64,000 bases of DNA, from assembly GCA_964474825.1 (NCBI GenBank), contig CAYYWQ010000001.1, forward strand, positions 1,033,606 to 1,097,605, read 5' to 3'. The translations under genes were made by a program, and so were the position numbers. The notes beneath the pieces were generated by a model. It ran no database searches. It saw nothing but the letters and a program-made list of their open reading frames with translations, and was not told the DNA's origin. The stretch comes from an uncultured Candidatus Saccharibacteria bacterium (lineage in GTDB: Bacteria; Patescibacteriota; Doudnabacteria; UBA920). Positions 37,300 to 46,183 of the stretch are shown in pieces; position 1 is the first letter of the stretch; the number at the start of each line of letters is the position of its first letter.

Positions 37300-38251
37300 T
37301 TTCCTCCTCTTCCCCGTAAGCGCGGCCTGTTAAGTCCAAGTAGACGTCTTCCAGAGTTGCTGTTTTAACAGTAAAGCCGTAAAAAACAATGTTGTGGGTT
37401 TTTAATAAATTAACAACGGCGGAAATTTTGTCTAAGCTGGTAATTTCCAAAATAACTTTGGGAAAATCAGCGTGGACTTTTTTTATTTCCGGCATTTTAG
37501 AAAAAAGTTTTTCGTCCACCTGGTTGTCCGTAAAAAAAGAAATCTGCGTAGTGTCGGAAAGTCTGTCTATTAGTTTTTTTGGCTCGTCTATTTCCAGTAT
37601 TTGCCCTTGGTCCATAATAGCCACGCGGTGGCAAAGGTATTCCGCCTCTTCCATGTAATGAGTGGTAATAATAATTGTAATGCCGCGGGAATTTATTTTT
37701 TTAATTAACTGCCACATGTCCCTCCGGGCTTTTGGGTCCAGTCCTGTAGTGGGTTCGTCTAAAAACAAAATTTCCGGTTCGTTAACCAGGGAAGTGGCAA
37801 TTGTAAAGCGCTGTTTTTGCCCGCCGGAGAGGTTGGAAAACTCCTCGTGCTCTTTGTCTATTAAATTTACTAAGCCAAGCAGTTCTTGTTTGTCGGCCTT
37901 TAGGTTATAGAAAGAGGCAAAGAGGTCTAAGAGTTCCCATAAACTTAAATGGTGCAGGTATTGGCTGCTTTGAAGCTGAATGCCAATCCGTTTTTTTATT
38001 TCTTCAACCTGTTTTAGGTTATCGAACCCTAAAACTTGCACAGTTCCGGAAGTCTGCGGCTTTAATCCCTCTATAATCTCTAGTGTTGTGGTCTTTCCAG
38101 CTCCATTTGGCCCTAAAATCCCAAATATCTCCCCCTTCTCTACGTTAAAGCTTGTTCCCTTAACTGCCTCAAAAACCCCTTTGCCTTTTGGCAGGGGGTA
38201 AGTTTTTTTAAGATTTGTAACTTCTATAACTTTGTCCATTGTTAAATGCAT
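37292..38251 (-). CDS. ABC transporter ATP-binding protein
   Basis: It has the Walker A GILGPNGAGKTTTLEII, the signature LSGGQKQRFTIA, the Walker B ILFLDEPTTGLD and a C-terminal accessory domain. Confidence 0.85.
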   Translation of the reverse strand: MHLTMDKVIEVTNLKKTYPLPKGKGVFEAVKGTSFNVEKGEIFGILGPNGAGKTTTLEIIEGLKPQTSGTVQVLGFDNLKQVEEIKKRIGIQLQSSQYLHHLSLWELLDLFASFYNLKADKQELLGLVNLIDKEHEEFSNLSGGQKQRFTIATSLVNEPEILFLDEPTTGLDPKARRDMWQLIKKINSRGITIIITTHYMEEAEYLCHRVAIMDQGQILEIDEPKKLIDRLSDTTQISFFTDNQVDEKLFSKMPEIKKVHADFPKVILEITSLDKISAVVNLLKTHNIVFYGFTVKTATLEDVYLDLTGRAYGEEEENE

Positions 38252-38288
38252 TATAGCATTTTGTCTTTTTTATAGGTATAATAATTTT

Positions 38289-40601
38289 ATGAATACAGAA
38301 TTTAATCCCATTGAGAAATATGGGCCAACTACTTTACCGGAGTCAAAATCAGAGCATGAACTGCGGGAATCAAAGGCAGAAGTTTTGGAATTAGGGAAAA
38401 GATTTATTCAAGGACGGGATTGGAAAGCACTGGAAGATTTAGTTAGATCTTTGCCGGACAATGATTTTCTTGTCACTCAAACTACTTTGTTACAGGAGTT
38501 AAATGATGGTTTATTTGATGTTCAACTGAAGCCTGGACCTGCCAATAGATATTTTGAAGAAGGGGACGGTTGGGAAACTTTACGCTGCGCCACAGAAATT
38601 ATAAGGAAAATGGGAAATAATCCCAGCTCATCCAAATATTTGCATAAGGTTATGGAGATGGACAGGATTCCTAAGGTTGTTTTAAAAGAAGGGCAAGCTG
38701 CCATTACTAATGATATAAATGCAGGAGCTGATTTAGATATTGATGTTCGTTGGTTTTATTATAGGGCATTGACAGAGGCTTTTTTAAAATTTCCAGACGA
38801 TCGAGCCCTGCTCGCGGTAAAGCAAATTTTAAATAAGATTGACCAGCAGGTACTTGAAAATACCAGACATTATTACTACCCTGAGGGAAAAGATATAACA
38901 GGGAGTTTTGAAGAAACGCCACAGGAGTTGTTTGACTATCAGTTCAAGGCTGCGGAATCTAATATGCCCAGTGACTTAATTGCAGGCATATCCGCCGGTG
39001 ATATGGCAGTTGGCACTAAGTCTTTTATAATAAAAAAATTAGGGGGAGCCAAACAGCCGGAATCACTTCCTATGTTTTTAGAAGTGATAAAGCTCGAAGG
39101 CTCAGATGCCCCAATATATTTTCATCCTATATTGGAGGCTCTTAGGCAATTGGACCAAAATTTGGTGGCGGACAAGCTCTTAAATTTGGTTAAGAGCGGA
39201 AACCCATTTGAAAAAAGAAGCGCATTATGGCTGCTATATAGGTTGGAAATTGGACAAGTTGGGGTTTCTGAAGAAGGCGTACATTATTTGCATAAAGTTT
39301 ATGACGTGGGAAACTATAATAATCCTAATTATTATGTACAACGCTTAACTTCCGGTGGGCAGGTTGGTATTTTTTCCCAAGAGGGAAAATTTGAGAAATA
39401 TTTTAATTTGGAGGGATTGGGCAGTGAAGAACAGCGCATTAGAGCTAAATTGTTGGACATTACCTACGCTACTTTGTTTGGGCATCACGCTAAGGAGAAG
39501 CCGGAAGAACGCAAACAAAGAACAAAGTTATTAGAGGAGTTTCAGTTAAAATATTTTGAATTTTTACAACACGATTTTTTCAATGATCTTCCAGTAAAGT
39601 TTTCTGATTTAACTTTTCCGGAACAAGGGCAGTTTTTAAAATTTTATTCTGACTCTGAGGAGTCAGAAAGAGCGAGACTGAAAGATTATTGTAAGAAGTT
39701 TGGGCTAACTGGGTTTCGTTCATTAATGTCTTTGGATTATGATGGGGGTGTCGCCGCCAAGCTTTTAGACATGGCCGAAAGTTTGCCTCAGTCACGAATG
39801 CAGATGATTTTAGATAAATATGTGGCAATAGTTTCCGCAGCTGATACCGCGGAAATGGCACTTTGGGAAAACTTACCTCAATCCGCAAATGCTTCTCCAG
39901 ATTTAAAAGAACGGGTAAGAGAATTTATTATGGAAAAAGGTAGTAGATTTTTAAGGCATTTAGGGCTGGACGAATCTGAGGCATTTTCACACAAAGACAC
40001 AATCATGTATTTAAGTGGAATTCGTACAGAAGTAATGATTTATGCCGCTTTATTTAAAGAACTTTCTAAAATTAACAAACTTTCTATAACTGACATTAAA
40101 GACGCTAGGTTTGACATCGTCCCAGCTAAATTACTTTCTGAAGATGATAAAAAACAGATGTTGGAAATTTTTGCAAATAATAGAGACGAGAGCTATCCTT
40201 TAAAGTTGAGAGAAGCGACGTTAAGAAGTTTTGAGCAAACTTTACAAGCAGAAGGGCCGGTTTTTAGAGTGCTAAAGTACAAAGGAAGTATTGTGTCGTT
40301 TTTCCACGCTCAACCACAAGGAGAGGATGCTATTTATGTTGGATCTTTGAATTTGAGTCCTGACGCCCAAGACAGCTCTATTGCAGTTAGTATGGTAGTT
40401 GCGGCTTTGGAACAGGCCGGGACAGAAAAAAATATAACAGCTAAGGTTTGGTCTAAAAATGAAAAACTTTATAAATTTTATAAGCGCTATCTACATTTTC
40501 AAGATGATGGGGTAGAAGAGAATTATGAAGGAACGGGGGAAAATTATTACAAGCTAAAAAAACCAAAGCAGGAAGAATCTACTTTTGCAGTAGCGGCTTA
40601 A
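38289..40601 (+). CDS. Large hypothetical protein
   Basis: A long ORF with coding-like composition. The likely start is MNTEFNPIEK at 38289; the track start at 38232 overlaps the divergent ABC gene. I recognised no motif. Confidence 0.5.
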   Translation: MNTEFNPIEKYGPTTLPESKSEHELRESKAEVLELGKRFIQGRDWKALEDLVRSLPDNDFLVTQTTLLQELNDGLFDVQLKPGPANRYFEEGDGWETLRCATEIIRKMGNNPSSSKYLHKVMEMDRIPKVVLKEGQAAITNDINAGADLDIDVRWFYYRALTEAFLKFPDDRALLAVKQILNKIDQQVLENTRHYYYPEGKDITGSFEETPQELFDYQFKAAESNMPSDLIAGISAGDMAVGTKSFIIKKLGGAKQPESLPMFLEVIKLEGSDAPIYFHPILEALRQLDQNLVADKLLNLVKSGNPFEKRSALWLLYRLEIGQVGVSEEGVHYLHKVYDVGNYNNPNYYVQRLTSGGQVGIFSQEGKFEKYFNLEGLGSEEQRIRAKLLDITYATLFGHHAKEKPEERKQRTKLLEEFQLKYFEFLQHDFFNDLPVKFSDLTFPEQGQFLKFYSDSEESERARLKDYCKKFGLTGFRSLMSLDYDGGVAAKLLDMAESLPQSRMQMILDKYVAIVSAADTAEMALWENLPQSANASPDLKERVREFIMEKGSRFLRHLGLDESEAFSHKDTIMYLSGIRTEVMIYAALFKELSKINKLSITDIKDARFDIVPAKLLSEDDKKQMLEIFANNRDESYPLKLREATLRSFEQTLQAEGPVFRVLKYKGSIVSFFHAQPQGEDAIYVGSLNLSPDAQDSSIAVSMVVAALEQAGTEKNITAKVWSKNEKLYKFYKRYLHFQDDGVEENYEGTGENYYKLKKPKQEESTFAVAA

Positions 40602-41380
40602 ACAGCTTTTGCATTTTGCCACAGTGCTTCAAATACAGTTTTGTGCATTTTGTAAATTGCAGGGTGTTCTATGGTCATACTGACAATTTTTCCGGCTTCC
40701 ATGCTAATGTAAGAAATCTTGCCGTCGTAAATGTACATTATGGTGGAAAAGGCCGCGGGCGCCGGTATAACGCGAACCTGGGTAACGTTGGGGTTAAAAG
40801 TTTTAGCGTGCTGCCGCACAAAAGCGGAGTCCACCATAATAATTTTTTTCTTTATGCCTTTAGTTGTCCGCGCTTCCGTAAAGTTTTTGTTAAGTTCAGG
40901 AAATTGTTTATTTAGCGCCTCGCTGTCTATGTAAGAATAAATTTCCGTAGCTGAAGTTAAAGAATCCTCCACGACCTGTTGTGCTCCGTCCAATCCTTCG
41001 AAAAATTTAATTGTTGGTTTGGTTGCCGCGAGTTGATAAAGACTTCTAAGTCCCGGTAAGGTTTTGCCCAATTCTTCCTCCGCCGTTGTAATGGCGGATT
41101 TTTGTTTAGCTAAAAGAAGTTCCAGGTGCTCTGGATGTTTGGCTATAAATTTGGTGGTGGTTTTTGGCAAGTCTTGTTTTTCTACTAATCCTTTGGCTAC
41201 TAAGCTGTCCAGGTGGTAGTAAGCGTTGCCGCGCTTTAACTTGGTGTGGAATAAAATTGGCTTCATGCTTTGCGGACCCAAGTTTAAAAGCAGCTCGTAG
41301 ATTTGGGCTTCGTTTTTGTTGAGGCCTAGTTTTTCCAGGAGGGGGATATAAGGGGATTGTTGTATTTGATTATTATCCAT
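40598..41380 (-). CDS. TrmB-family transcriptional regulator (N-terminal wHTH)
   Basis: The N-terminus KNEAQIYELLLNLGPQSMKPILFHTKLKRGNAYYHLDSLVAKGLVEK matches the TrmB winged-helix pattern. Confidence 0.55.
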   Translation of the reverse strand: MDNNQIQQSPYIPLLEKLGLNKNEAQIYELLLNLGPQSMKPILFHTKLKRGNAYYHLDSLVAKGLVEKQDLPKTTTKFIAKHPEHLELLLAKQKSAITTAEEELGKTLPGLRSLYQLAATKPTIKFFEGLDGAQQVVEDSLTSATEIYSYIDSEALNKQFPELNKNFTEARTTKGIKKKIIMVDSAFVRQHAKTFNPNVTQVRVIPAPAAFSTIMYIYDGKISYISMEAGKIVSMTIEHPAIYKMHKTVFEALWQNAKAV

Positions 41381-41500
41381 ATACCCTTATTATGCGCCCT
41401 TTTTAGAATTTTGTCAAGTTAAAACTGACATTTTACTATTAATTTAAGCCATTTATTTAAAAGAAATATAGAGTTTATATATTATTACATCAGTATATTA

Positions 41501-41529
41501 TTGACATTTTGTCAAATTTAGACTACAAT
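41501..41529 (+). promoter_or_regulatory. Near-consensus sigma70 promoter (TTGACA-N17-TACAAT) pointing into the GC-rich island
   Basis: TTGACA is at 41501-41506, the spacer is 17 nt, and TACAAT is at 41524-41529. Confidence 0.5.
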
Positions 41530-41536
41530 GCGTAGT

Positions 41537-43240
41537 TAACATAAAAACAGCAAAAAGCACCTTTTACAATATATATGACTTTCTGAGGAGAGAGTCGGCA
41601 ATAGGCGCCGAAAAGCCTGGTAAATTAAGTCTTTTTGTCGCAATAAGCGGCTAATTGGTTATCTCTCCCAAAGAAATAGCTTGTTAGCCGCTTTTTTGGT
41701 AGAAGGGGATTTGGAGAAGAATACACCACATATTTCTTCTTCAAGTCTCTCTCTATAAAGAGGAGAGAGCCTGCGCTTAAAAAGAGCAGGTAAAAAATTC
41801 TTTTAAAACCATTTGTCTTGCTCAAAGGTTGGAGTAAGGATTAGAAACCCTAAAACAACCCCGCTCCATGCTCAGCATGGAGAAAGTAGACTTTAGCTAG
41901 AGTAGGTAAGTTACAGTGTTAAGCGCTTCGGCTTACAGGAAGCCGCGGCCCTGACCGCTTACCTATGGACCTAGCAATGAGTGCACCCTTCATAACCCAA
42001 AAGGTTGTGAAGGGAACAGTCATTGTTATAAGTAGAATATAGAATCTAGAAGATAGAATTTAGGAAATAGGTGCGTGCGGAAATTTTTATCGCCTGTGGT
42101 AAATATTTCTGCCCTCGCTACTACAGGAGTAGTGAGGTAGCACCTTAAAATTTTCAAATAAGATTTTAATTTTTGCTTAAGTTCGTCTTAAGCGTATTAG
42201 ATTTTGTCGGCAGCGTTGAGCAGCAAAGCTATGTCTTTGCTTTTTTAAGCTGCCGACAAGCCATGCATCTTTTTGGCGCATGGCAGCAGAAAAGGAGGCG
42301 GATATCGTGGAATACCCGCCGGGCAAGCAATAAAATTGCCGGGGTACAGCGTGAACCCTATCCCAAATTCGCTCGACAACTTCTGTGGCCTTTGCAGAAG
42401 ATCGTATTGATAAGGCAACCGGCAAGCAATTCTTGCCAAAGGAGGGTGGAAATGAAAACTCCACCTGGAAATAGGGGTAACTGGAAGAGGCCCAAAAAAC
42501 CAGCAACCGGAAACCTAGGGTATTAGTTGTCCCTAAGTGGAAGGTAAAAACCCGTCGCCGACAACTAAATGTGCTGCAGGAGTAAGGTAAGACTAGTAGT
42601 TATATTAGTAGGCTTGGATAAGGGCGTATGATCCTGGACTGAGTTAAAAGTATAATGAAGTGCTTATCTGAAACTGCACACATGGCAAGGAAGAGTCCTC
42701 CCTCCAGGAGGTGAGCGAGCTTGGGATAGTATCTCCGGGCCGCCTGCCTGGAGAAACTGCTCTATACCCCGAGGATCCGATGCTTCATGATTTGGGGTGA
42801 ACTTCCAGACGCCCAGGCACTTTGTTTTAGGAGGTGTGTTATGTTGAAACTTCCGTTTTAGCCCGGTCTCTGGATCCGGGCGAAGCCTGCCGCAAGGTAG
42901 GAAAACCAGCAACCAACCTATAGCAACAGATAGCTATGGGAAGGTTTACCCTAGGCCGTGTCTGTATGTTTTGTTAAGTAGTTTACGGAAAGGCGGATGA
43001 TCTGGAACGTAAACGAAAGGCGAGGCATGGTCGTGTGGTCCCGTGCGGCAACGGGACAAGGAAGAAAGTCTCTCCGCGTCTGTGGAGAGGATGGGCGAGC
43101 TCGGGACACAATTCCGCGGCTCGGCCTGTCCGAGTCCGCGGGAGAATGCCCAGAATCTTTCAGACGCCCGAGCGTTTTTGTTGTAAAAATCAAAACCGCC
43201 CGCGGCGCCGGATGATGCGCCAAGGGCAAAGGAGCTTGTC
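41537..43240 (+). other. About 1.7-kb non-coding, hairpin-dense leader / candidate large structured RNA preceding the Ubl-conjugation operon
   Basis: There is no ORF with credible composition. I saw at least ten perfect 5-10-bp hairpins by eye. Two 26-nt direct repeats lie at 42803-42828 and 43158-43183. G+C rises sharply from about 41830 onward. Confidence 0.3.
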
Positions 43241-44308
43241 ATGGTTGAGGTAAAATGGGGTGCAAATGCGGATCGTCCGTATTGGTTTCCCTTTAGTGAT
43301 CAGATAAAAGAATGGCTCTCTAATAACGAGAGCCTGCCAGACACTTTGTTGTACCTGCGCCCAACGTATAAGGAGGGGCAGCAGGAGCAAGTGGCTGGAC
43401 GTTTGGTTGTTGTGCTGGGTCGTGATGATTGGCCGAGCACAAAAGGGACCCTTGAGGCGGAAGGGAGCTTGAAGATTGACTTCATTCCGCAGGGTAATTT
43501 TCTTCGGATTTGGGGGCTACCAAATTGTCCCGACCGGAGAGACGGCGAGGAGGTGGTGAGGATTCTGAGTCGTCTGTTGCCCGAGGTTGCAAAGACTGAC
43601 CCACAAAAAAAACTTGCAATAATGGCAATGGTCTCTGAGGCCTATGTTAAAGAGTGCTCGAAGAGATTTGAAAAAACCCTTGAAGGAACCCGCAAGGCGA
43701 TCAAAGACGGTAACGCAGCCGTGGCCAAGCTCCAAGTGGAGCTCGTGAAAAAGATTCGCGAGACCCGAGGGGCTGAGCGCAAGCTTGAGCAAATGGAGTC
43801 CTCGCGCGAAGCGCAGACCGAAGGATACGCGCAGGAGTTTAATAAACTCCTGCAGGTCCCTAAAGTCCGTAGGGTGGAGGCAAAGGAGGGCAAAGTGATA
43901 GTTTACACCGACGTTCTTTTTTGTACGGATCCCCGGACGGGGATATGTCACGAGATTGGCGCGTTCAGGATTGAACTAGTTGCGGATATGGGGATCCCGT
44001 ACTGGTTTAACTTAACCCGTTCCGTTGACGGGTACAACAATAGAATGCAGGCACCACATATTTACTCGAACGGGCAGGCCTGTCTGGGTAACGCCGCGGA
44101 AATCTTCCCGGAACTCATAGGTAACTATGAGTTTGCGGCCGCAGCCATGGTGGCTATCCAGTTCGTGGAGTCGGTGAACACCGACGACACGGCTGGAAAA
44201 CACATTGACAAGTGGCCGGTGGCGAAGGAGCAACCGGTCAAAATCGCAACCGCAACAAAGGTGGCAAATTTAGTGCCGCCACAACCGTCTTGGAGGAGCA
44301 ATGGCTGA
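43241..44308 (+). CDS. E2-like (UBC-fold) ubiquitin-conjugating enzyme homolog with a roughly 200-aa N-terminal coiled-coil extension
   Basis: The C-terminal segment IPYWFNLTRSVDGYNNRMQAPHIYSNGQACLGNAAEIFPEL parallels the E2 core YPF.PP...F.T.IyHPNI..nG.ICLdiL, with the catalytic Cys in the xCL position. An SD (aaggag) precedes the ATG. Its stop overlaps the next gene. Confidence 0.5.
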   Translation: MVEVKWGANADRPYWFPFSDQIKEWLSNNESLPDTLLYLRPTYKEGQQEQVAGRLVVVLGRDDWPSTKGTLEAEGSLKIDFIPQGNFLRIWGLPNCPDRRDGEEVVRILSRLLPEVAKTDPQKKLAIMAMVSEAYVKECSKRFEKTLEGTRKAIKDGNAAVAKLQVELVKKIRETRGAERKLEQMESSREAQTEGYAQEFNKLLQVPKVRRVEAKEGKVIVYTDVLFCTDPRTGICHEIGAFRIELVADMGIPYWFNLTRSVDGYNNRMQAPHIYSNGQACLGNAAEIFPELIGNYEFAAAAMVAIQFVESVNTDDTAGKHIDKWPVAKEQPVKIATATKVANLVPPQPSWRSNG

Positions 44309-45035
44309 AAAGTTAAGGCGTGAGTGGGGCGGCGCCAAGAAGTTTGCGCCTCATGAATTTTCCTCGCGAGTAGAACTCGCGGGAGGCTTGCCTCGGGTTC
44401 TCGTGACCCGCGATGCGTACGAAGATATGTACTGCATCGTTGACGCGGTCGACAAAGAGGTAGGTTGGCTTGGCGCTGTCCAGCGTCTCGGAAATGATTT
44501 TCTGATCACGGAGGTTTTCCTCTTTGACCAGGAGACGCACGCGACAACGTGTGAGATCACGCCCGACGGCATGGCGGAGTTCGCCATGCAGCTCATGTCG
44601 TCCCGACCGGACGGCATGGAAGTAGCCAACTCAATCCGCTTCTGGGGGCACAGTCACGTGAATATGGGGACCAGCCCTTCGGGGCAGGACGAGACCCAAT
44701 TGCGTGAGCTGGCGGCTTCGTGTGGTGATTTTTTCGTTCGGGGCATTTTGAATAAGTCCGGACGGATGGAGTGGACCATCGTACTTGCTTCTGTTGGCGT
44801 CGTAATCCGCGACGCCGCGTGGGAGCTTTACGAACCCGCCGCCGATGCCCGCCGCCGACAGCGGTGGGAGGCGGAAATCGCAACTAAAGTCCGGGAAAAG
44901 ACCTACCCGCAACCGACCTTCGGGTCGGAACGTCGGTGGTCATCAACGATTATTCCCGGACCGGTCGCCTCCGCGGTCCCGCTCTCCAAGCGGGCACAGC
45001 GGCGGCTAGAGAAAGCGGGCAAAAATGGCCATTGA
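44301..45035 (+). CDS. JAB/JAMM (MPN+) metalloprotease-family protein, a putative Ubl-processing/deconjugating peptidase
   Basis: It has a complete JAMM motif: E (LITEVF) ... HSHVNMGTSPSGQD, which is HxHx7Sx2D. It overlaps both neighbours, indicating translational coupling. Confidence 0.65.
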   Translation: MAEKLRREWGGAKKFAPHEFSSRVELAGGLPRVLVTRDAYEDMYCIVDAVDKEVGWLGAVQRLGNDFLITEVFLFDQETHATTCEITPDGMAEFAMQLMSSRPDGMEVANSIRFWGHSHVNMGTSPSGQDETQLRELAASCGDFFVRGILNKSGRMEWTIVLASVGVVIRDAAWELYEPAADARRRQRWEAEIATKVREKTYPQPTFGSERRWSSTIIPGPVASAVPLSKRAQRRLEKAGKNGH

Positions 45036-45732
45036 TCCGCTTCGGCATCTAAGCGTCTTTTCGCCGCATGCCTTTGGGCAGCGGCGGGTAGACGTAATTG
45101 GCTGCGGGGCCACAGGGTCCCGTATTGTGCTTTCTTTGGCGAAGCTCGGCGTGGAGAACATTCACGTGTGGGACTTCGACGTCGTCGAAGAGCACAACAT
45201 TCCGAACCAAGCGTTCTGGCAGGAAATGCACGTCGTGCACGATTCTGCCAAACCGAAGCTGGCGAAGGTCTCGGCCATGGCCGAGATCGTCGAGATCGCC
45301 ACGGGGACCAAAATCACCGTCCATCAGGAGAAGGTGGACGGCACCCAAAGCTTGGGTGAAGTAGTTTTTCTTCTCACCGACACCATGTTTTCGAGAAAGG
45401 AGATTTGGGAAGGAGCCTTGAAGTTCAAGCTCCGGACCGAACTCTTAATTGAGACCCGCATGGGTGCGGACTCGGGCCGGGTGTATAGCCTGGACCCGAA
45501 TAAGCTCGGCCAAATCAAAGCATACGAGGAGACTCTGTGTTCTGACGAAGAGGCCGAGGTTAGCGCTTGCGGCGCAAGTGTGTCGGTGGGGTCAACCGCG
45601 GAAGTGATTTCCGGACTCGCGGTCTGGCAAATGATTCGATGGTTTTCCATTGAGCAGGGAGGCGACGATGAGCTCGACAACGAGATCATTTTTGGCCTCC
45701 GCCCAATGCTGACCATCAGCAGGAAGTTTTGA
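45025..45732 (+). CDS. ThiF/MoeB-type E1-like activating enzyme
   Basis: It has the Rossmann/ATP motif VDVIGCGATGSRIVLSLAKLGVENIHVWDFDVVEEHNIPNQ, with Gly-rich GxGxxG and acidic DxD, and a downstream Cys-containing block ACGASVSVGSTAEVISGLAVW, which is the E1 catalytic-Cys region. Confidence 0.7.
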   Translation: MAIDPLRHLSVFSPHAFGQRRVDVIGCGATGSRIVLSLAKLGVENIHVWDFDVVEEHNIPNQAFWQEMHVVHDSAKPKLAKVSAMAEIVEIATGTKITVHQEKVDGTQSLGEVVFLLTDTMFSRKEIWEGALKFKLRTELLIETRMGADSGRVYSLDPNKLGQIKAYEETLCSDEEAEVSACGASVSVGSTAEVISGLAVWQMIRWFSIEQGGDDELDNEIIFGLRPMLTISRKF

Positions 45733-45733
45733 T

Positions 45734-46051
45734 ATGGGCTGGCTGGCGGGCCGTAACGAGATAATTCAACTTCGTCTCCAACCACCAAAGCCAACGGCCT
45801 ATGTTAATTTTGGTTCAGGTATTGAGTTCACTGCCGACTTCATTGTTGGTATGACACTTCGCAACCTGATCCAGTTTTTGCAGCAGAACTGTAGCTATCG
45901 TTCTATTCACGGCGATGAAATCCCGTGGTTGCATGACTTCCTGCGAACCGGCGACCTTAAGAATTTCCCGGCGGATTTGGACTATGTTATCCAGCCGGGT
46001 GACAAAATTGTTCTGGACTTAACGAAGTTGTTGAGTCCGGTAAGTAAGTAA
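45734..46051 (+). CDS. Small beta-grasp (ubiquitin-like/ThiS-like) protein without a terminal Gly-Gly
   Basis: It has the C-terminal beta-grasp-like DYVIQPGDKIVLDL pattern. Its start is 1 nt after the E1 stop. It ends ...LLSPVSK, with no GG. Confidence 0.4.
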   Translation: MGWLAGRNEIIQLRLQPPKPTAYVNFGSGIEFTADFIVGMTLRNLIQFLQQNCSYRSIHGDEIPWLHDFLRTGDLKNFPADLDYVIQPGDKIVLDLTKLLSPVSK

Positions 46052-46183
46052 ATGTAGTATAGAGGCCGGCATTGCCGCCCGTCGAATGTAGACGTTAAAA
46101 AATATGGGTCCCAAAGGGATTAAATTTAAAACCCATCCGCAGTTTGTAGAGCATTGGCAAACAGCGAAGACAGGAGTAAAACA

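Noticed and set aside
41830-43240. Group II intron or retron hypothesis for the hairpin-rich region
   Set aside because: There is no GUGYG 5' end, no recognisable domain V (RAGC...GAAA...), and no reverse-transcriptase ORF anywhere nearby.
42173-43253. Cluster of 60-117-aa ORFs on both strands upstream of the Ubl operon
   Set aside because: They overlap each other on both strands and have Arg/Pro-rich compositions. The region is packed with hairpins and direct repeats, so I interpret it as non-coding leader / ncRNA.
44313-45794. Several 75-156-aa - strand ORFs (44313-44540, 44351-44629, 44593-44883, 44631-44912, 45049-45348, 45324-45794) inside the JAB and E1 genes
   Set aside because: These are antisense, mutually overlapping, Arg/Pro/Ser-rich artefacts of high G+C. 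The + strand genes carry the conserved catalytic motifs.
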